Part shown: one piece after another, positions 1 to 14,781 of the stretch | Layout of the letters: each line of letters begins with the position of its first letter | Numbering within the stretch: position 1 is the first letter of the stretch | Assembly (NCBI RefSeq): GCF_006345805.1 | Contig: NC_042997.1 | Coordinates: 130,448,001 to 130,512,000, forward strand | Length of the DNA stretch: 64,000 nt | Source of the DNA: Octopus sinensis | Lineage: Eukaryota | Direction: 5' to 3' | The notes under the pieces: model-generated | Databases searched by the model: none | What the model was told of the DNA's origin: nothing | Seen by the model: only the letters and a program-made list of their open reading frames with translations | Position numbers and translations under genes: made by a program

Positions 1-463
1 TCCCTCTGGCAGGTGCTGCAAATGTAGCGAAGACTGTTCCTGGCTGGTTGTAATGTCATAGTTTCTTGTTGACGTCTTTTCTTGTCTTTCCATTTCTCCT
101 CTCTCTCTCTGTCACTCCTTTGTATTCCCTCTTTTACGGTACGTCGCCAATCTCCACGGTTGCTGGCAACTGCTTCCCAATTGCTAATATTGATGTTGCA
201 GGCCTTCATGTCCCTTTTGCAAACATCCTTGTAACGTAAGAACGGTCTTCCCACAGACCTAGTACCCCTAGCAAGCTCTCCGTAGAGTATGTCCTTGGGG
301 ATTCGGCCATCTTCCATACGGCTAACATATCCAAGCCATCTCATACGTCTTTGTGTGAGGAGTGCAAACATGCTTGGTATTCCTGCTTGCTTGAGGACAT
401 CTTTGCTGGGGGTATGATTCTGCCATTTGATGTGAAGGATTTTCCGGAGGCAGCGCAGATGTG
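1..463 (-). mobile_element. RTE-clade LINE ORF C-terminal fragment (family distinct from the dominant RTE here)
   Basis: Manual translation HLRCLRKILHIKWQNHTPSKDVLKQAGIPSMFALLTQRRMRWLGYVSRMEDGRIPKDILYGELARGTRSVGRPFLRYKDVCKRDMKAC, the typical RTE C-terminus. Confidence 0.8.
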
Positions 464-707
464 TGCATATATGCATAAACATAAATATTTACACACTGAC
501 ATGGGTGTGTGGTAAGGAGCTTGCTTTCCAACCACATGGTTCCAGGTTTAGTCCCACTGCATGGCACCTTTGGTAAGTGTCTTCTACTATAGCCTAGGAC
601 CGATCAAAGCCTTGAGAGTGGATTTGGTGGATAGAAACAGAAAAAAACCCATAGCCCATCGTATGTGTGTATGTATGTATATGTATATATATTTTATATA
701 TATATAT

Positions 708-1720
708 AAAGAAATCCAGAGCGGAGCCCTGTAGGTGATTTAGGTAGACTGTATGACACATATGTGCGAACAGCCATGCTACATGGCAGTGAAACATGGG
801 TCATGTCTGCTGAGGACATGCATAAGCTTGCAAGGAATGAAGCCAGTATGCTCCGCTGGATGTGTAATGTCAGTGTGCATACACAACAGTGTAAGCATCC
901 TGAGAGAGAAGTCAGGCATAAGAAACATCAGATGTGGTGTGCAAGTGACACGACTGCACAGGTATGGTCATGTATTGTGAATGAATGAGGACAGCTGTGT
1001 GAAAAAGTGTCCCACCCTAGCAGTTGAGGAAACCTGTGCAAGAGGTGGATCCAGGAAGACCTGGGATGAGGAGGTGAAGCACGACCTTCGAATATTGGGC
1101 CTCACCAAGGCAATGACAAGTGACCAAGACCTTTGGAGATATGCTGTGCTTGAGAAGACCTGGCAAGCCAAGTGAGACCATAACTATGGCCTATGCCAGT
1201 GCTGTATAACCAGCCCATTTAAGAGTACCCTGCAATCATTGGACAATAAACTACGCTTGCGAAGACCTGTTGAGGCAAGTGAAATCATTGTCATGGCTGC
1301 TGACAGCATTGCCTGATTGGCAACCATGCCAGTGGAATGTTTAAAACACCATTTGAGTGTGATCGTTGCCAGTGTCGCCTGACTGACTCCTGTACCAGTA
1401 ACATGTAAAAAACACCATTTGAGCATGTTCAATGCCAATGCCGCTGGACTGGCTCCTGTACAGGCAGCACATAAAAAGTAACATTTGAGCATGGTTGATA
1501 GTAGTACCGCCTGACTGGCCCTCATGCTGGTGGTATGTAAAAGCACCCACTACACTCTCGGAGTGGTTGACATTAGGAAGGGCATCCAGCTGTAGAAACT
1601 TTGCCAGATCAGATTGGAGCCTGGTACAGCCTTCTGGCTTGCCAGCTCTCAGTCAAACCATCCAACCCATGCTAGCATGGAAAGCAGACGTTAAATGACG
1701 ATGTTAATGATGATGATGTA
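708..1720 (+). mobile_element. RTE LINE 3' fragment (ORF end + 3'UTR + (GAT)n tail)
   Basis: AMLHGSETW, RLHRYGHVL and GGSRKTWDEEVKHDL motifs; ends in taaatgacgatg...gatgatg. Confidence 0.8.
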
Positions 1721-1912
1721 TATATATATATTATATATGTATATATATATATATTATATATATATTATATATATGTATGTATATATATATATATATATAT
1801 AGATATATATATATATATATATACAGCCTTCTGGCTTGCCAGCTCTCAGTCAAACCATCCAACCCATGCTAGCATGGAAAGCAGACGTTAAATGACGATG
1901 TTAATGATGATG

Positions 1913-1964
<52 letters not shown>

Positions 1965-1980
1965 ATATATATATATATAT

Positions 1981-2013
<33 letters not shown>

Positions 2014-2116
2014 GATATATATATATACAGCCTTCTGGCTTGCCAGCTCTCAGTCAAACCATCCAACCCATGCTAGCATGGAAAGCAGACGTTAAATGAC
2101 GATGTTAATGATGATG

Positions 2117-2155
<39 letters not shown>

Positions 2156-2173
2156 ATATATTATATATGTATG

Positions 2174-3485
<1,312 letters not shown>

Positions 3486-3702
3486 TGAAGTAGGGAAGAA
3501 AATCACTACCCACTACCTATGTATATATATATTATTCAAAATAAGAGCAGGTATGTTTAATAGGCATAGGCGTGGCTTATGGGCAAAGGCATGGCTGTGT
3601 GGTAAGAAGTTTCCATCCAAAATAAATGGTTTTAAGTTCAGTTCCCTCCCTGGCACCTTGGGAAAATGTCTACTACAATAACCCTGTGACGACTAAAGCC
3701 TT

Positions 3703-3926
3703 ACTCTTTTACTCTTTTACTTGTTTCAGTCATTTGACTGCAGCCATGCTGGAGTACCTGCTTTAGTCGAGCAAATCGCCCCCAGAACTTATTCTTTGGA
3801 AGCCTAGTATGTATTCTATTGGTCTCTTTTGCTGATCCGCTAACTTACGGGAATGTAAGCATGCCACCATCAGTTGTCAGGTGATGTGACAAAGACAGAC
3901 AAACATATACACACATATACATATAC

Positions 3927-3959
<33 letters not shown>

Positions 3960-4762
3960 ATATATATATATATATAAATATATATATATATACGAAAGAA
4001 GGTTTGAAAATGCAATTTAAAAGATGTTTATTTACTTTACTGATTTCACTCTTTGGAAAAAGATTGTCAAAAGTAACATGTGGAAGTTTGGTTGCGTTAA
4101 TTATTGGTTGTTGCAAATTGCTACATTACATATATATTTACAGTCTTTTGTATCAGGGACATGTTAAGGACATAAAAAAGTACAACAGTATGTTGAAAAT
4201 ATAAAGAGGTTTAACAAGCTCATTGAAAAAATGGGCAGAAAAGATTAAAACAAATATATTATACATCTCAGGGTAATTTCCAGGAGGAATTATTAAAAAG
4301 TTCAGTACAGAATATTATGAATTCAAAAAGATTTACATTAATAGATTGTTCGGACAGGTCAGTAACAACCTATTAATGTAAATCTTTTTGAATTCGTAAT
4401 ATTCTGTACTGAACTTTTTAATAATTCCTCCTGGAAATTACCCTGAGATGTATAATATATTTGTTTTAATCTTTTCTGCCCATTTTTTCAATGAGCTTGT
4501 TAAACCTCTTTATATTCTCAACATACTGTTGTACTTTTTTATGTCCTTAACATGTCCCTGTTACAAAAGACTGTAAATATATATGTAATGTAGCAATTTA
4601 TAACAACCAATAATTAACGCAACCAAACTTCCACATGTTACTTTTGACAATCTTTTTCCAAAGAGTGAAACCGGTAAAGTAAATAAACATCTTTTAAATT
4701 GCATTTTCAAACCTTCTTTTGTATATAATTCCACTCGTGCGATACCCCACAACTCAACTTTG

Positions 4763-4801
<39 letters not shown>

Positions 4802-4965
4802 CAATGGGCTTCTTTCAGTTTCCGTCTGCCAAATCCACTCACAAGGCTTTGGTCAGTCTGAGGCTATAGTAGAAGACACTTGCCCAAGGTGCCTTGCAGT
4901 GGGACTGAACCAGGAAGCATGTGGTTGGTAAGCAAGCTACTTACCACACAACCACTCCTGCATCT
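3703..4965 (-). mobile_element. SINE family A (tRNA-like head, internal TA/TG microsatellite, gtaaaaga tail), split by a fold-back insert
   Basis: Tail half 3703-3920 and head half 4800-4965 match the other family A copies; 3993-4763 lies inside its microsatellite. Confidence 0.8.
3993..4721. repeat. Long imperfect palindrome: 358-bp arms, 13-nt loop
   Basis: 3993-4350 is the reverse complement of 4364-4721 with about 9 substitutions (manual count). Confidence 0.9.
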
Positions 4966-6431
4966 AGCTACTTAATACACAGCCACTCCTGTGCCTAACT
5001 ACTTACCACACAGCCACTCCTGCACCTAGTTACTTACCATACAGCCACTCCTGTGACTTACATATTTATAAGGTTATGTTTGCTGATGAAGTCATAATAT
5101 AGCCAAAGTATATCTACAATTCAGGCACGTGGTATCAATAATTACTCAGGGTAGGCAGTTGGTGGCATTTACGTAGTAAAACACACAAAAAAAACAATCG
5201 AAACACAGACGTGCAACTGAGTTGGAGGCAGATTTACTTCTGCCTTTATATCACATAAAGAAAACGTTGTTGTAGGAATGTATGCAGCATGTGTACTACA
5301 GCAGTACTCTGCATAGCTTTAATACTGTGATTAAAAGGCAGCAGTGAATTATGCCTACGTAATCTACACAAAAAATAAAATATTTTGCATTTTATGCATA
5401 GTAATCAGAGCAACCTTCATAATTTTATTGAATTAGGTGCTTATTTTGCCATAAAAGGAAAATGTTACTATCGATCTATTTTATTGAGAGTAGGTACTGC
5501 CTACTTTGCCTATCTAGGCAGCACCTCCCTGTTAGAATTGTCTCCCATACTTGCTGAAATAATTTAGTAATATCGATTATAATTTTAGCACAAAGGCATT
5601 TGTTTTGAGAGGTAAATGTCTGATGGGGGATTTTTCTTTCCTCCTTTTCATAAATATTTTTTCATCAGATATTTCCCCGTTTATGACAACATATAATATG
5701 TTAACAATAACTTAACTATTGTTTGTATATTCATGCAGATGGTGTTTATGCTAAATTTTTTCTCTCAAACAACTCTAAATTATTGGTTTAATTAGAGATT
5801 ATGCAGACAATAGGCCATTCTGATGGTCTGGAGTAACAGGTCATTTAGCATCCTCCCCACTCCCTTTCTCTCTCTCTCTCTTTCTCACACACACTCTCTC
5901 TCTCTGTAATGCTTTTCCTCTTTCCTTCTTCCTCTATTACCTTTTTTTCTTCAAAAGCTTTCACTCACTTTCTCTTGCCATACTTCTATCTTCCTTAACT
6001 CTTTCTCCAACCCCCACCATCCTTCGTACTGTCACAGTTCTCTCCTCTTTTTCACACATCACTCTATGCCTGATAATGGCCACCAGCACTAGCAGAGCAC
6101 CATACCACCACCATCACCACAACTAGCATCACTTCTACCACCACAACTAGCGTCACCACCACCATCACCACCATCACCGCTACCACATCTGACACCATCA
6201 TTGCAACTATCACCATCACCACTATGGCTCACTGCCTATCACACCACCATTCCACTACCACCGCAACCACCCAATGACTAATTCCATTATCACAATTGCC
6301 ACCATAAATGACTCCATCACTACCACCACCACCACCACCACCACCACCACCATCCTTCAAATACCATGTTAAGCTGCACTGTAATGTCAGTCATTTATTG
6401 ACTCCAAAAAAATTTAATTTTCATTGCAAAA

Positions 6432-6492
<61 letters not shown>

Positions 6493-7057
6493 CTCTCTCT
6501 CTCTCTCTGTTGCCCTTACTGTCTGTTTATCTGTCTGTCTGTCTCTGCCTCTCTCTCTCTCTCTCACTCTCTCTCACTCACTCTCTCTCTTTCCTACTCC
6601 TGTTTTTATCAGTGACCCATACCTGCTTTATTGTAATGACAAGAGAAGGTCATCTCCTATGACTGATCCCCTCTTATTTTGACTGCTGAGCTACTCTTCT
6701 CCTTTACTGCTGAGTCACGCCAAGTTTTACTGGTGATCCAGTCTTACTTTTAATGTTGAGCCACTTGTCTTTTCACAGATGAACTACTCCTCCTTTTACT
6801 AACATGTCAGTCCTGATTTTACTAGAAACCCACTCGTCCCCTGCATCCCTCTTCAGCTGAGTAATCCTAATCTTGCAGGCTTGCAGGTGCTGGTGCCATG
6901 TAAAAAATATCCATGCTGGTGTCACATAAAAGCCCCTGTGTAGGTACTTCATAAAAGCACCCATGCCAGAGCTGTGTAATAGCACCCAGTACACTCTGTA
7001 AAATAGTTGTTGTTAGGAAGGGCATCTAGTCATAGAAATCATGCAAATATAGATATA

Positions 7058-7474
7058 GGCGTAGGAGTGGCTGTGTGGTAAGCAGCTTGCTTACGAACCA
7101 CATGGTTCTGGGTTCAGTCCCACTGAGTGGCACCTTGGGCAAGTGTCTTCTACTATAGCCTCGGGCCGACCAAAGCCTTGTGAGTGGATTTGGTAGATGG
7201 AAACTGAAAGAAGCCTGTCGTATATATGAATATACGATGGGCTTCTATGTGTGTGTATATGTTTGTGTGTCTGTGTTTGTCCCCCCAACATTGCTCGACA
7301 ACCGATGCTGGTGTGTTTACGTCCCTGTAACATTAGCGGTTCAGCAAAAGGAGATCGATAGAATAAGTACTAGGCTTACAGAGAATAAGTCCTGGGGTCG
7401 ATTTGTTCGACTAAAGGCGGTGCTCCAGCATGACCACAGTCACATGACTGAAACAAGTAAAAGAGTAAAGAATA
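7058..7474 (+). mobile_element. SINE family A, near full length
   Basis: ggcgtaggagtggctgtgtgg (A-box-like), gggttcagtccc (B-box-like), cttgggcaagtgtc body, internal microsatellite, gtaaaagagtaaaga tail. Confidence 0.85.
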
Positions 7475-7587
7475 TAGAACCTGGGCAGTTCTCCCATTGG
7501 CCAGCACCTGTCAAACAGTTCAACCCATGCCAGCATGCGAAACAGATTTTAAATGATGATGATGAGGATGATATATATGCATATATA

Positions 7588-9058
7588 TTGGGTCATCCCA
7601 TAAATAATACAGTTTTTTATACGTCTTTTATTTTTCAAAATTACTCTTCTTCATTTTCTACAATGCTCTTCCATCTATTTGGTAGACTTGCAAGGCCCCT
7701 CTTCCAAAATTCTCTTGTCCATGATGAAAAATACTCCTCCAGCACTGTTCTAACTTTGTCTACAGAAGTCATATTTTTTCCATCCAAATGATTTTGAAGA
7801 CTGCAGAATAAATGAAACTCAGATGGGGCAATGTCCAGATAATATGGTAGGTGGGGAATCATTTCCTATTGAAACTACTCCAGCATTTGGAATGTCATCC
7901 TCACTGTATGTGATTAAACATTATCCGGATGGAAGAACATCATTTGTCTTGAAACCAAAGACAGTCATTTTTCTTCTAGCGCTACTTAAGCCACTCAGGC
8001 TGCTCACAGTAGATCTCCTTTGTTATTGTTTGGTTTGTGTTTAAAAGTTCAAAGTGGACTAAACCTTTCCTATCTCACCAAACAGATAACAACATATTAC
8101 GTGGGTGAAGACCTTCTTTAACCCTTTAGCATTTAGACTGGCCATATCCGGCCAAAAGTATTCTGCCTGTTTTATGTTCAAAATGGCCAGATCTGGTCTC
8201 TCACACCAACCCTACAATATCATTTTAAAAATTAACAGCTACCTCATCAAAATCTCAAAGCTACAAGATAACGCCTGAGTAGTTCAAGGCAATGTGGATG
8301 AAAAAGCATTAATTTTGGTAGAATAATGTGAACACTAAAGGGTTAACCTGGGGTGCCAATGCTTCTCCTTTCCCTACCCACTGTCTTCAGCACTTGACAT
8401 TTTTAAAGAGAATCCATTTCTCATCATCAGTCACTATTTGGTCCAAAAAGGGTTCATTTGTGAGACGTGGCAGCAAAGAAGAGCAAGCATTCACTCTCTG
8501 CATGTGATTAGACTCAGAAAGTTTGTGAGGAACCCATTGACCTAATTTGCTGACTTTTCTGATAGCACACAGGTGTTGATGACTAGCTGAATGACCAAAT
8601 TCAAGCTTCTCTGCTAGTTCCTTAACAGTTACAATGAGATTTTGTTCCACCAGCATTTACAGGATGTCCTTGTCAAGCGCTACAGATCTTCCAGGATGAG
8701 GCTTGTCTTCAAGGCTGTTATTTCTGGCTCAGAATTTCTGGAACAACTGTTGACACTGGTTTACATTTATTGTCCAATCCCCCTATACTGCATTAACATT
8801 TCTTGCACTTTCTTTTGTTGTCTCTATTGAACTCATAAAGCAAAATAGGCTAAATATGCTCGTTTGTCACTTCCATTATAGCTTTGAAAAACTATCACAA
8901 TCAAACTGCACTCTTCAAAACTTGCACTAAGAATAAGTACAAGGTAAAATTACTACCTGCTTTTATAGCAACTTGAAGTAGGTAGTTCATCCAATTCCGC
9001 TTCAACTTTTAGTTCATGCAGTTGAAAAAACTGCATTTATTTATGGGGACGGCCTACT
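7588..9058 (-). mobile_element. Decayed, essentially full-length mariner (DD34D-type) transposon
   Basis: Degenerate TIRs (ttgggtcatcccataaata / tatttatggggacggcc). Broken transposase from ATG 8876 to 7641 with WVPHKL, IVTDDEKW, PDNV and PYYLDIAPSEFHLF; many stops and frameshifts. Confidence 0.85.
8122..8342. mobile_element. piggyBac-type MITE (TTAA TSD) nested in the mariner
   Basis: TTAA|ccctttag...ctaaaggg|TTAA; removing it restores a contiguous mariner reading (APQV-KEGLHP). Confidence 0.85.
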
Positions 9059-9289
9059 GTGCTTACTTTGGATCGTAGGGCGACCTGCTGAGCTTGAGGA
9101 GACCTATTGAGTCAAGTACATCAACATCAAAATAAAAATCAAATAGAAATTGTAATTGTGATACCTGATCTGGTGACATGGAAAAAGCACCGTCTGAGTG
9201 TGGCAGATGCCAGCGCCGCCTTGACTTGCATCTGTGCTGGTGGCACGTAAAATGCATCAACTGATCGTGGTCATTTCCAGTCTCCTCTG

Positions 9290-9500
9290 GCCTCTGTGCT
9301 GGTGGCATGTAAAAAGTACCTACTACACTCACGGAGTGGTTGACATTAGGATGGGCATCCAGCTGCCAGATCAGACTGGAGCCTGGTGCAGCCTGCTGGC
9401 TTCCCAGACCCCGGTCGAACTGCCCAATCTATGCTAGCATGGAAAACGGATGTTAAACGATGGTGATGATTATGATGATGATGAGGATGATGATGATGAT
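9290..9500 (+). mobile_element. RTE 3' end fragment
   Basis: Same 3'UTR as 1540-1720, ending in aaacgatggtgatgat... Confidence 0.75.
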
Positions 9501-10351
9501 GTATATGTATATGTATGAATGTATGTGTGTGTGGGGGTGTAGGGGGTGTATACATTTAATAAATACTATAAACATATGATTCCTAGCTTAACATTTTTTT
9601 ATCTATTAAATATGTATATTATTTCTCTAATCTTTTTCCCACACACCAGAACAGCCTAATTCCATTGCAACAAGTATTCTTTTATCTGTCTTCTGTATTC
9701 CCCACCTCCTTATATTTTAGGGTAATTATCAGTTATCTTTTATAACAACAACCAAACTTTGAACCTTCCCATAACTGGAAAAAATGATAAACTACTTTTT
9801 TCAACTGAAGAATTTTCTGCATTTCCTTAAAGTTAATTTTACCCCAATGCCGCCTTCATAGAATCTGGTCTTGCCAATAAATGTTACTGCTAATCAAGTT
9901 ACTTCATTGAAGCTTCAGAGAGTTGCAAATTTTTTTTTTTAATTAACTTGTGGAATTATAGCAAATATATAGATTTACAGAGGCCTTCCTGTATCAAGAA
10001 TGAGCAGACATAATAATGATTTATAACTGGCTGTCAGGTTGGATGGAGTTAATTGTTGGGGGAAGAGTGAGCTGGGAAGAAAGGAAGGGATGTAGAGGAA
10101 TGTGACCAGGGTAGAAGAGGAAATTATTATAATGGGGAAGGTGGTGGGGGTGAAGGAGTCGCTATGTGGTAAGCAGTGTACATAGGTTTTGATGGAGGTT
10201 AACAACATCAGTGGCTGACGAAGTAAGGGACATAGCTCCTGTGACTGGAGTCAGGGCTTACAGAATTGCTACATCAGTTGGAAGATCCGTTGGTTGTGAG
10301 GAGGGGAGGGTAATTAGTGCATGTCAATGTGTGAATGTTTGCGTGTATGTA

Positions 10352-10409
<58 letters not shown>

Positions 10410-11639
10410 CACACATCTACTACATATGGGGAAAATCGGTGTGTGTTTGTGGCATTGTTAGCTAACTCCTCCTACATATTTTTATTGATTTTGATGAAAC
10501 TTGACACGTGAGTAGAACTCATGTCTGGAAACCTCGTGACATACTTAGATTGTTGAAAAATTCTATAATATGGCCCCTGGAAGGGACCTTTATATCTACC
10601 TCATATAACTAATTTCTTTTTTTTAAACACCTAAGGGAAATAATCCATAGCACCTGTACAATATGTCTATCCTTCTGGCTGCTTTTCAATAGTTATAAAA
10701 AGTTACTGAGAGCAACCATCAGGGAGTAGGAACATTACTATTGCACTTTCTTCAAACACTTCTTTCATATATTTATATAGCCTCTCTCATCAACCTCCGA
10801 CAATCTTTCTCGCTAACCTCCAAAAACCTCACTTGCCAACCTCCAACAATCTCTCCCTCCTCCAGCTGATAGTTTTTTGTACTTTTCCATGATGGAAAAT
10901 GCACATTTTGTGGCAGTTATAATGAAACTGCTTTCTTATATCAGAGTAATAAGGCATTTCAATAGAACATCTCTCCCCCCAGGAATTACCGGGTACATCA
11001 GCTATTAGACACATATACACACATGGCACATTAAGTAAGTGTCTTCTACTTTAACCCCCAGTGGATTTGATGGATAGAATCTGAAAGAAGTGCATCATAT
11101 GTACATATGTATTTATGTGTGTGTCTGTGTTTGACCCCCATCACTGCTTGACAACTGGTATTGATGTGTTTACATTCTTGTTGGTGTGTTTTGTGGTTTG
11201 GCAAAAAAGACCAATAGAATAAGGATCCAATATTAAAAAAAACGTACTATGGTTGATTCATACAACTAAAGTTCCCTGAGGCAGAGCCCCAGCATGACCG
11301 CAGGGCCTCATTGAGGCAATGACCAAGACCTTTGGTATTATGTTGTACTTGAGAAGAAGACCCATCAAGTCGAGCAAAATCACAGTCATGGCTGTGAAAG
11401 CACCCATTACACTCTTGGAGTGGTTGGCATTAGGAAGGGCATCCAGCTGTAGTAAACAATGCCAAATCAAACTGGAGTCTGGTGCAGCCTTCCAGTGTGT
11501 CAGCCCAGTCAAACCTTCCAACCCATGCCAACATGGACAACGGACATTAAATGAGGATGATTATGATGATGATGATGGTGTGGTGAATAAACTGTTGGCT
11601 AAATTATGCAAAAATAAAAAATAACACTGACATCTCATT

Positions 11640-12277
11640 TCAACAGATATATTTACCAAAATTACATAAAAATATCTTGAAATACTAAAGAGAAAATTTA
11701 TTCAATGAAATCACTATTCACTTCAACCATGGCCTTCAGACAACTTCAGAATTTCCTGCAACTCTTCTGGATGGTCTCCTTTTTTTAAGTTGGTGAATGT
11801 TGCCATAATCCTTGCCTTCAGTTCATCTTTGGTGTTACAAGGAGTTTTGTTGGTCTCTTGCTCAACTGCATCTTACACATGATAATCAAGAGAGTTGCAG
11901 TCTGGGGAGTTAGGTGACCAGATGTTAGGGCTGATGTGGTTGCATCCAAACACTAGTGATCACTCCAAACACTATGATGTTGATTGGATGTTTGATCTTT
12001 ATCACTCTTGGTACATGTCCTCAGAACACATTGTCCTCAGATTGACACCCAAACACTCTAAAATGTTTGTAATGGAGCTTCCAGTGTGAATACTAAGCAG
12101 TAGAGCATGTTGTTTCCAAATTTCTGGTAGAGTGAATTGCATCATGGTGCTGTTTTTCTCACAGACAGAGCCCAACTGACCCTACTATACTGTGTAGTCA
12201 ACAAAATCAAAAACAAATAATGCACATGTGTGAAATTAAAAATATAAAATGGTGACAATTTATCCATCGCACCATGT
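11640..12277 (-). mobile_element. Internally deleted Tc1/mariner (maT/DD37D-like) element
   Basis: Manual translation KHPINIIVFGVITS and NIWSPNSPDCNSLDYHV*DAVEQETNKTPCNTKDELKARI; a second fragment lies at about 53425-53560 (+). Confidence 0.65.
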
Positions 12278-12321
12278 ACATGTGTGTGCGTGTATATATA
12301 TATACACACACACACACAAAT

Positions 12322-13255
12322 ATCATCATCATCGTTTAATGTTCATTTTCCATGCTGGCATAGGTTGGATGGTTTGACTGGGGGATCTGGGAGGCCAGGA
12401 GGCTGCACCAGGCTCCAATCTGATCTGGTAGTGTTTTCTACAGCTGGATGCTCTTCCTAACACCAACCACTCTCAGAGTGTAGTGGGTGCTTTTTATGTG
12501 CCCCTGGCACAGGGGCCAGAGGGGGTTGGCATCAACTATGTTCGGATGGTGCTTTTACATGCTACTGGCATGGGAGCAGACAAGGTGGCACTGGCATCAG
12601 CCATGTTCAGATGGTGCTTTTCATGTGCCACCGGCGCAGGAGCCAGTCGGGGCAAGGGGCTGGCATTAACCATGATTGGATGGTGCTTTTTACATGTCAC
12701 GGGAAAGGGTAGCCAGACAGGTGGTGCTGGTATCAGCCACAACTACAATTTCCATTTGATTATGGTTTGATTTGATTTTGATGTTGATGTTGATGGTAAT
12801 GTACTTGACTCAATAGGTCTCCTTAAGCACGGTACTTTTGAGCGGGCTGGTTATGTGACACTGGTGTAGGCTACAGCTGTGATCTCACTTTATTTGTCAG
12901 GTCTTCTCGGTCACAGCATATCTCTAGAGGTCTTGGTCTTTTGTCATTGTCTCTGTGAAGCCCAATGTTCGAAGGTCATGCTTCACCACCTCATCCCATG
13001 TCTTCCTGGGTCTTCCTCTACCACAGGTTCCTTCCACTGCTTGGGAGTGGCACTTCTTCACACAGCTCTTCTCATCCATCCATAGTACATGACCATACCA
13101 GCGCAGACGTCTCTCTTGCACGCCACATCCAATGCTTCCTATATTCAACATGTCTCTCAGGGTGCATACACTCTGTCGTGTGTGCACACTGACATTACAC
13201 ATCCAGTGGATCATGCTAACTTCGTTTCTTTCAAGCCTATGCATGTTGTCAGCAG
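12322..13255 (-). mobile_element. RTE LINE 3' fragment
   Basis: RRLRWYGHVLWMDEKSCVKKC...GRGRPRKTWDEVVKHDL, 3'UTR and (CAT)n tail. Confidence 0.85.
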
Positions 13256-13410
13256 AGAGGGAGAGAGAGAGAGAGAGGTGGTGGTGGTGGTGGTGGTGGT
13301 GGTGGTGGTGGTGGAGGTGGCGATGGTGAGTGCATAGAGAAAAGTAATTTATTTTAATTGAGCTGAGTTTTTTTACATCACCTATCACTTAATGCATGCA
13401 CATCCCAAAC

Positions 13411-13665
13411 TTGCCATTCACTTTAGAAATAAACCAGTTTCCCATTTGCCTGTCATATGCAATGACTATCAATAAATCACAAGAGCAGACATTTGATAAA
13501 GCGAGGCTGTTCTTGCCTGAACTTGTATTCGGCCATAGTCAGCTATATGTTGCATTCTGAAGGGCTCGCAAATTATCTGATGTGAGAATTAATATTATCA
13601 ACACTGAGAAAAGAAGAGGGAGAACTTACATGAAGAACATAGTCTGCAAAGGAGTATTTGATTGA
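13411..13665 (+). pseudogene. Helitron RepHel (PIF1-like helicase) C-terminal relic
   Basis: Manual translation LPFTLEINQFPICLSYAMTINKSQEQTFDKARLFLPELVFGHSQLYVAF*RARKLSDVR...MKNIVCKGVFD*, matching PIF1/Helitron motifs FAMTINKSQGQT and HGQLYVAxSR. Confidence 0.85.
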
Positions 13666-14781
13666 AAAGTGTACACAAATTGATGTGTATTGGTTCTGAT
13701 CCATTACCTTGGCTTATAAGTTACCAACGATGTGGGTTTCAGAGTATGCATTAAATTTTTACCCCCATGAAATTGTGGCCTCCTATATTTCACATATATA
13801 ATAATTTCTTTTACTATAAAATTTTTGTTTTCTAGATATGAAATTGTGACCATGTAAATTTTAAAATGTAATTTTTTCTGTTTATGGGAAAAAAGGAAAA
13901 ATAAGAGTGAATATTTATTTTAAGTGCTGTGTATTAGTGCATAAAGTATATAAAGTATATATATATATATATATAAAGTGCATTAAGTAATCATTGTATT
14001 CCAATTTCCTTCATTCTTCAATGAATAGCAAATGTGTGACTATGTTTTAATACAAACACAACACAGGTTATGCTTTCAGGATTTTTGGATAAAGTTTTCA
14101 GGAATAACCTAATAGGTTTACTATTAATTCCATGAAATATTCACAGGTCCCACTAGTTTAATATCAAGCGCACAAACATTGGAGACATATATATGCACAC
14201 ACTCACATCTTGCAGGCTTCTTTCAATTTGCATTTACCAAATTGATGTACTAGGATTTGGCGCTTGTCCAAGACGCCTTTTTTCTTTCTTAATGGTTTCA
14301 GTCAGAGGACTGTGGTCATGCTGGAGCATCACCTGAACTTACCTTCTATCGGAATGACAGGAAGTAGGTTTATGATTTTATAGTAGCTGGTCTTCTGTGA
14401 GTGTATCCTTGAATGACTGGCAGGTCAGGTATCGACATTACGAGTTTATCCCATGTTTTTTTTTCATGTTTCAGTAGAGGTTCCTTTGCACAAAGAGTGA
14501 ACCTGAAACCACATAATTGGAAAGCAAATGTTTTAACCATACAACCATTCCTGGGTCTTTGTTTACTTAAAGTTACAACTTGTTCAGTGATAGAACAAGT
14601 AATGTTGCTCCAGCTGGTAATCTGTAGGATAATATAAATGATCTCAATGGCGCTTACATTGTCCCTTTGGTCAATACTATTGCCCTTGATAAATTTGAAG
14701 CACCTTGCCATGAAACCCTTTAATTATCAAAACCCCCAAAATTAGTGTTTCACCCAAGAACATGACCATTGGCTACTTTAA

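Noticed and set aside
4937-5060. CRISPR-like regular repeats (also 36539-36790)
   Set aside because: Tandem units without unique spacers, eukaryotic context, no cas genes
6623-6850. Possible minus-strand exon ending at a CAG|GTATGG donor
   Set aside because: All three frames contain stops, and there is no recognisable protein or partner exon
7058-7140. tRNA gene calls at SINE heads (all families)
   Set aside because: A/B-box-like motifs are present, but there is no complete cloverleaf and each continues into a SINE body
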